Assembly (NCBI GenBank): GCA_963713045.1
Contig: CAVQKE010000005.1
Span: 327,372 to 391,371, forward strand
DNA from: an uncultured delta proteobacterium
GTDB taxonomy: Bacteria; Myxococcota; Myxococcia; Myxococcales; Myxococcaceae
Direction of reading: 5' to 3'
DNA length: 64,000 bases
Part shown: positions 57,427-64,000 of the stretch, one piece after another
Position numbering within the stretch: the stretch's first letter is position 1
Layout: each line of letters begins with the position of its first letter
Position numbers and translations under genes: made by a program
The notes under the pieces: generated by a model
Databases searched by the model: none
What the model was told of the DNA's origin: nothing
What the model saw: only the letters and a program-made list of their open reading frames with translations

Positions 57427-58890
57427 CTAGAGAGCCCGGCCCCAGTGGTGCGGTAGCAGCTCGTCGATTTGGCTCCGGGGCGTGTGGTTTGCACCCGGAG
57501 TAGGACGTCCGCCAGGTAGGCCTCAGGGTTGACGTGGTTGGCCTTGGCACGTGGCGACATGGAGCGAGTACAGGCCCGCGACGTTGGCGCCGGCCTCATC
57601 GTTGCCGACAAAGAGGTAATTCTTTTCTACCGAGAGCCGCCGTTGCAGTGCGCTCTCGCTGGCGTTGTTGTCGAGTGGGAGTGAGGGGCGCCCCCGAGGA
57701 AGCGTCCGAGCGCTTCCCATTGGCCGCGGATGTACCGGATGGCGCTCGCCACTGAGCGGGGACTTCGGAGGGTGCAGAGTCGAGTGTTGTTGTAGCCGAT
57801 CCCGCATTTGCTCGAGGAGTGGTGCACTGACGGCACGGCGCCGCTTGAGGTGCTCAGCGGTGCCGAGCAGCTTCGCATCCCCCACCTCGTGCTCGACGCG
57901 GTAGAGCGCGAGGATGAGGTCCAGCATGCCCTGGGCCTCAGGAGCTGTTGGGAGGGCGTCAAAAAAGCGTCTTCGGGCGTGGGCCCAGCATCCGACGCGG
58001 ACGCGGCCGTTGGGGACGACGACGACGTTGTAGCCCGTGTACCCATCGACGAGGAGGTAGCCGCAGGTGCCTTCAAGGACCTCGGCCGGAGTGTCCCCGC
58101 TGCGGGTGGGCTGAAGCGGTACGCGATGAGGTTGGTTGTACGAAACGTCCAGAGGTAGCCCCGCGGGTCTTCCCCTCAGCCCTGCACGCGCATGGGCGTC
58201 TCGTCAGCAAGGACGAGGTGACTCTCTCGGACGAGTTGGAGAATTCGCTCGACGAGGGGCTGCAGCACCTCGGCCGAGGTGTGAAAGAGGTCGCCCATGG
58301 TGGTGCGTGCCACGGGGATACCGACACGGTGGAGCGCCTTCGCTTGGGCGGTACAGCGGGATGCTGTCCGCGCACTTCGCCGTGACGAGGTGGGCGAGGA
58401 AGCCGGGGCTGTACTGGCACTTGTCCACCACTCTCGCCGGCGCGTCCGCCACCACCACGCCCTCGCCGCACCGGCAGGCCAGCGTCTCCTGCACGTGCAC
58501 CTGCTTCTCGAAGCGGGCCGGGATGTACTCGTAGATGACGGTGCGCTTGCCCTCGCCGAGCTGGCGCAGCTCTGTGCTGCCGCACTTCGGGCACAGCCGC
58601 CGCTCTGGCGGTACCGAGTGGTGCACTTCGCGCTCTGGGAGTTCGGCCTTCTCGGCGCGAGCTGCCCGGCGACGCGCCTGGGTGGCCTCAGGGTCTACCG
58701 GCCGCTCGGAGCGGAGCTCCTCGGCGACCGGCGGCATCTTCTCGCTTCTCTTACCGAAGACGTGCCGCTGGAGCGCCTCGAGCTGGCCACGGAGCGTTTC
58801 CTGTTCTTCGCGGACGCGGGCGAGCTCTCCCCCGAGGCGCTCGGCCCTGCCCCGCCACGCACAGTCGTGGTCTTCGGCAGCCGGTACCAC
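57427..58890 (-). pseudogene. tnpC: IS66 transposase TnpC (multiple frameshifts)
   Basis: FGKRSEK, CPKCG, K..D.IPLYR, DGY.GY, CWAH.RR.F, LDNN.SE, IDELLP. Confidence 0.85.
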
Positions 58891-58899
58891 CGCCCAGTA

Positions 58900-59284
58900 G
58901 AGATCACACTTTCCGCCGTTTGGGGAGGCGGTGTGCGGGGGGACCCACTGTTTAGGCCTGGCGGACGCGGGACAGGTCGATGCCGTCGAGGAGCATGGCG
59001 AGCTGGCTACTTTGGTAGCCGCACCCAGAGCGTCCTCGCGAAACTCCGGCAGCTGGAAGCTCACCCTGCTCGAGCCGCTTGTAATAGAGGACGAAGCCGC
59101 CGTTGTCCCAAGTGAGCACCTTCGCCTTGTCACCGCGCCGGCTAACGAAGACGAAGAGGTCGCCGGCGTAGAGGTCTTCCTTCCACTGGTTGCGGATGAC
59201 GGCGGCCAGTCCATCGATGGAATTGCGCATGTCCACCCGTTGAGCAGCGAGCAGGATGCGGACAGCGCGTGGAATGAGAAGCAC
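58900..59284 (-). CDS. tnpB: IS66 accessory protein TnpB (frameshifted, 3' end approximate)
   Basis: VDMRNSIDGL, LFVF.SRRGDKAKVL.WD.GGF.LYYKRLEQG. Confidence 0.85.
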
Positions 59285-59625
59285 GTCGGGGCCGGGGCTA
59301 CCGCAGCGCGCGCACCAGCAGCGCCACGATTCTTCGGGTCGGTGCCGGCGCCGACGCGGATGGCGAGGCCATCCTCGAGGGCGACTTCCACCGTCCCACC
59401 GAGCCGCGCCTTCGGCGCGGGCGAGGCTACCACCTGCACTGGCACAAAGGCGGCCGTCGAGTTGGAGTCCAAGACAGACTTGGTCTTCTTTTGTTTGTAG
59501 AGCCAAAATTGGAGCGAGCTGAGCGCGACGTCGTGCTTGGCGACAAACTCCTTCTGCGTCAGGCCGCTCTGTTTGTACTCCGCCAACAGCGTCTCCCACT
59601 CCGCGGGACCAGGTCGTCGGGGCAT
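59285..59625 (-). CDS. tnpA: IS66 accessory protein TnpA (3' end approximate)
   Basis: W...YKQSGLTQKEF..H...SLQFW HTH, AFVPVQV. Confidence 0.75.
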
Positions 59626-59683
59626 AACTACGACTCTGCCCGTCAGCCGCTACCACTCAAGGCGTCCGTTGTCGGGCGGTTAC

Positions 59684-60175
59684 GCTTCGCGGACGGTCAG
59701 GAGCGCGGCCGGTAGCGACGTTCAGAGATATAGAGACGGGCTGGGGGGCACACCTTGGACGAAGGTTGGACCAAACGCCCCGGTAAATGGCGTTAGAGGG
59801 CGTAAATTCCGGACACCTTTGGGGGCACTCGGCCCAAAGAATGTCAAACCGTTGTGTAGCGGCGGTACGTTCCGGACGAGTTGCACTGCCGCCTACCGGA
59901 GCCGAAGGCCACTGGTTCGAGTCCAGTATCGCGCGCTCCCGCAACTGCGCCGGACCGCTCAGCTTTCCCCGTGACATGGCGATTTGAATTGCCGCTCCCA
60001 GTGGGTTTGGTGGCTTCCTCATGGCTCCTACTGCCGCTCTGGTCTGGCCTGGCTCCAATTCCGGAAGTCCCGCCCAGTGCAATCGGTCCAGGCTGTCCTT
60101 GAGGAAGCCGCGCTCGAGGTGGCCGTACACGGCCTCGCTGAGCTTGGGGTCCTCCTGGCGTAGCAACTCGGTGGC
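59684..60175 (-). pseudogene. Tyrosine integrase C-terminal remnant reading through the att core
   Basis: LLRQEDPKLSEAVYGHL..FLKDSLDRL resembles the box II L.H.D...T..Y.H motif; the same frame reads RAILDSNQWPSAP across att. Confidence 0.65.
59896..59936 (+). repeat. att core: duplicated 3' half of tRNA-Arg(CCG)
   Basis: CCGGAGCCGAAGGCCACTGGTTCGAGTCCAGTATCGCGCGC, identical to 45342-45382. Confidence 0.95.
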
Positions 60176-60558
60176 TGCTCTCCCTCCGCCGGAAGGCGTT
60201 GAATTCCAGGACCTTTTTCGACAGCGGTCTCGCTCTTCGGACTATCTCAGGATTTTGAGGACGAGATCCCGCACGCCCAGGCGCCGCGACTTTGCTGGTT
60301 CGCCGATGCGACCAGCCTTCCACGCAATCCCCCCGGGCTCAACGCTCCGCCAAGCGCGACCGTGGCCGCTCCCCCTCCCAAAGAAAGCTCGTCGGAGCTG
60401 GGCTGTAGCTTGAACGCGACCCACCCCGAGGCGCCATCGCTACGAACGGCAGGCTAGGGAGTAATATGAAGAGCTCCGAGGTTCCGCCATTCCCGCGGCG
60501 CGAGCCAACGGCAAGGTTTTCAAGCGCGAGTCGCGGCGGGAACTGATGAAGAGTTACG

Positions 60559-61427
60559 ATGAGTGGCCAGCCCGAATTTCGCGCGCACAGATGGCTATCA
60601 GAGGACGGCCTCAGCCTCTACAGCCGCGTCTATGAGGCGGCTGGTTCTGCTGTAGTAGCGGTCCTGTGTTTGCCCGGGCTCACGCGCAACAGCAAGGACT
60701 TCGAAGACTTAGCGCCGCACCTGAGTTTGCGCTACCGCGTGATTTGCCCGACCTTCGCGGCCGCGGCCTGTCGGCGCACGATCCTGTTTGGCAGAACTAC
60801 CATCCAGGCAGGTATCTCGCCGATCTCGCCGGGCTGGTCGCGGGACTTGGAGTGCAGCGCCTTGCAGTTATCGGCACCTCGCTCGGCGGGCTGCTCGCGA
60901 TGTTGCTGCCGGCGTTCCTGCCAGGCGTCATCGCTGGCGTGGTACTGAACGACATCGGGCCGGAAATCGACCCGGTCGGTGCGGCGCGCATCGAAGCCTA
61001 CGCCGGCAAGCTGCCACCGGTGCGTAGTTGGGATGAGGCAGTGGCACAGCCGCGAATTGTGTTTGGCGCAGCTTGGCCGGGACTTTCGGACGACACTTGG
61101 GCGCGGCTCGCACGCCGCAGTTACCGCGAAGACGCGACCGGGACGCCGATACTCGAGTGCGACCCCAAGGTCGGCGAGGCGTTGCGTGCGGCCCCCGCAC
61201 CCCCGGGCGACCTGTGGCCGCTGTGGGCTAGCCTCGGGAGTTTGCCAGTGCTCGCGATCCGCGGTGCGTTGTCCGACATCCTGAGCGCGTCGACGCTTGC
61301 GCGGATGCAGCGCGAGAAGCCCGGGCTCGTATCACTCACGGTAGCGGCCCGCGGCCACGTGCCGTTGCTCGACGAGCCGGAGTGCGTGGCCGCGATCGAC
61401 GTCTTTCTCGGGCGGGTCGCCTACTAG
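60559..61427 (+). CDS. Alpha/beta-fold hydrolase (one frameshift)
   Basis: LCLPGLTRNSKDF, PDLRGRG.S, GTSLGG, LNDIGP, GHVP. Confidence 0.85.
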
Positions 61428-62191
61428 TTTAGCTATCATCTCAGGCGCACCGGACGAGAAGCTATTCTCTGGCACGCCGAATGAGCTCTCAGCCCTTCCT
61501 TTCGAGTCGAGGCCGCCCTTTATGGTCTCCGACCGCGACGCCATCTTCTCGGCCACTCCTTCAACAGACGCCGCCCGACGCAGAGATGAAGCTCTGAAGC
61601 GCTGACCCTGCAAGGCTTTGCGCTCCGGACGCTCAATGTTGCGCTTGTCGTTGCGTTAACTTCCTACGGCTCAATCGCTGCGGGGGCTCGCCGCATCGAT
61701 CATCCTTCTCGGTGAACATTTAAGCGTTGGCGAGATCGTTTGGGCCTATTCCTGGTAACGGCGCTCGGCTTGTCCTTAGTGCCCATGTCAGCAGCGTCGA
61801 GGGTCTTTCACACGTCGCGCTAGGACGCCGCCGCGACGCCGTATTCCTCCTTTTTGAAGACGGGAGATTAGTGAGCGGCTGCGCGGCGGGGTTGAACGGA
61901 AGTCAACACCGTACGGCGCCCAGGGCTCGAACCGATTACGGCTGGAAAGCCTTCGCCTCGCGAGCGCGGTGGTTTGCGGTCTCAGCCGCGCGCCTCTATA
62001 TCGACAGTTCTTGGCAGAGATCATTAGGCTCCAGAGCCACCTCGAAGGGTAAGAGCCCCGGGCCGAGACGAGCTCGGCAACGTGCTCCGGGGAAGTGTCG
62101 AGCGCCCTGGCCTGCATGTAGAAGCCCCGGGTGAGGGGGATGAGGACCTGTGGGCCGTGGTCGGACAAGAGCCTCGCCGCCTGGCCCAGGC

Positions 62192-63154
62192 GTGCCCGGT
62201 GGGGCGGTACTCCGTCCACGCGAGAGGTCGCTGCCCGGCGTCTGACGTCCGCGTGCCTCCCGTTGGGACGGAGGAGGTCGCCGTGTAGGCTGCCCCGGCG
62301 TGCTCTTGCGCCTCTCGAGCGATTTCCGCCGTGCGATGGACCTGTCGCTGGTCCTGGAACAGGAGGGCATCCCCCACGAGCTGCGCCGCTACGGAGAGGC
62401 GCACTGGGCGCTCCAGATCGACGACACGGACGCCGCGCGGGCAGAGGTGGCCATCGTCGCATTCGAGCAAGAGAACCCGCTGGAGGTGCGCCGTCCCGAG
62501 GGGTTCCACCCCATAGCGGGAGCGGTCGCCGCGGGTCTCGCATTCGCCCTTGCGCTCGTGACGTTTTACCTCCGGACGGGTCCGGAGTCGGCCGGCTCAC
62601 CCTGGTTCGAACGGGGGAGCGCGGATGCGGCCGCGCTCCTCCGCGGCGAGTGGTGGCGATTGGTCACCGCACTGACCCTGCACGCGGACGCTGGCCATGC
62701 CGCCGGCAACGCCGTGCTGGGCGGGCTCCTCCTGGCGCTGCTCGCACGCTCCGTCGGCCCTGGGATGGCGAGCGCGTTGATACTGCTCTCGGGGCGTCGC
62801 AGGAACCTTGGCCGCCGCCGGGCTCACGCGCCACAACTTCGTGTCCATCGGCGCCTCGACTGCGGTCTTCGGTGCCCTGGGCGTGCTGGCAGCCTTGCCG
62901 CGGGACAGTCGCCGCGTTTGGATGCCCCTCGTTGGCGGGTTGGCGCTGCTTGCACTTCTGGGAACCTCCAAGAGCGCCGATGTCGCCGGCCATCTCTGCG
63001 GATTCATCGCCGGAGTGCTGGCCGGCGCGGCGGTGTCGCCCCTGCCGCCGCTCCAGAACCGGGCTGCTCAAGCGTCTCTCGCGGGTCGCCGCCGGGTGCG
63101 TCCCGGTCGCCGCATGGCTCGCCGCCTTTCGTTGAACGTCCCAACGAGCAGCGG
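62192..63154 (+). repeat. ~0.96-kb direct repeat, copy 2
   Basis: Matches 46380-47343. Confidence 0.92.
62300..63135 (+). CDS. Rhomboid protease, copy 2 (frameshifted)
   Basis: GEWWRLVTALTLH...H..GN, GASTAVFG, GHLCG. Confidence 0.82.
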
Positions 63155-63381
63155 TTGCTCCACTTTCTGAAAAAGTCGACCTCGTGGATTGCGGCGCGCA
63201 GCAGCTAGACTTTTTTGAGTTTTGCATGACCGATGCTCGCCTTCCGCAGTGTGTCTCGCAGCGGGGGGAGGGGCGCCCTGCACTGAGCCTAACGAATGTC
63301 TGTCTGGCACGTGCATTGCCGGGACGTGTGGACCGACACAGCATGGCTGCTAGTGGGAACCGCGCAGGCGGCTCCACTTCG

Positions 63382-64000
63382 TCAGTGCGGCGGCAGCGGC
63401 GTCTCCGCGCCGGCGAGCTCGGAATAGACGATGAATTTGAACGGGCTGAACAACTGGTTCTTCGCACGGAGCCCCTGGAGAGCCCGCATGCGAAGTGCGA
63501 CGAGCTCCGGGTCCGTAGGATGTGCTGCGAGTGCCACGTCCGCGATTCTTGAGGGACATAGCGAGGTCTCCTCTGTCGGCGAGGCTTGTCACCGCACGCG
63601 CGAGGACATGCGCCTCTCCGCCAGCTATCAGGTCGAGTGCGGCCGCCTCCTCATGGCGTGAAAACACTTCGATGCCCTCGCCATCTGGCTTCCAGTAACC
63701 GGTGGACTGTGCATACAGACGCTTAATCGCGTTTTCCCGCATCAGAGGAGAAAGGAATCACAGCGTTGGGGTATGCCTTGCTCATAGCTCTGACGGAACG
63801 AGATTTCGTGCGAGTGCATCGGCAAGCGGGGCCCCTCCCTCAGGGCTTTCCGGACGTCACGCTCGAGCACGTGCAGACTCGAGCTCCAACGGCTCCAGGA
63901 CAGCCACCGTAAAATTCTCGGTGAGCGGAGGGTGGCCATGTATCAGGAGGGTCGGCTTTAGCGAAGCGGAGCAGCGCGATGGGGTCCAGGAGGCCCTCCA
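63382..64000 (-). pseudogene. 3' part of a larger protein, possibly an MBL-fold hydrolase (frameshifted, 5' end outside the window)
   Basis: Fragments HGHPPLTENF, IKRLYAQSTGYWKPDGEG, FSPFKFIVYSEL; the family call rests on the HGH motif only. Confidence 0.35.

Larger units (their letters stand above)
57393..59683 (-). mobile_element. IS66-family insertion sequence (2291 bp)
   Basis: 8-bp TSD GCTTCGCG at 57385-57392 and 59684-59691; imperfect terminal IRs GTATCCG..CGGACG / GTAACCG..CGGACG; tnpA-tnpB-tnpC order. Confidence 0.92.

Noticed and set aside
59896..59936. Second tRNA gene
   Set aside because: Lacks the 5' half and CCA; it is an att repeat.
61430..62190. Short ORFs between the hydrolase and rhomboid copy 2
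   Set aside because: No recognisable motifs; probably remnants or error-broken genes.

Overview
GC-rich window whose gene content and order point to a myxobacterium (Myxococcota; inferred, not searched). Bases 1-32 kb are intact core genome: an ABC exporter pair, a receptor-less cheY-cheA-cheW-cheW-cheY cluster, nusB-ribH-ribBA-ribE, ribD-nrdR-glyA, the fabF-acpP-fabG-fabD-fabH-plsX-rpmF-yceD block, phoBR and pstSCAB-phoU with two matching Pho boxes. Bases 32-42 kb hold a split DNA end-joining/excision-repair neighbourhood (stand-alone LigD-type polymerase, Ku, LigC, Prim-PolC-like protein) mixed with a Ser/Thr kinase, a MerR-HTH/TPR protein, cidA/lrgB and a GST. From tRNA-Arg(CCG) at 45308-45384 onward the DNA is accessory. 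A ~14.6 kb island is bounded by a perfect 41-bp repeat of the tRNA 3' half. At its right junction a tyrosine-integrase C-terminal remnant reads in frame through the att core toward an excisionase-like HTH, which an IS66 element (8-bp TSD) has split. Cargo includes two paralogous Ig/InlB/DUF1554 lipoproteins, a kinase paralog with a different sensor domain, small immunity-like genes and a duplicated rhomboid. Beyond ~41.3 kb most genes carry indels and there is a G83/A133 homopolymer, so many 'pseudogenes' there may be sequencing errors. All family calls come from motif recognition by eye.
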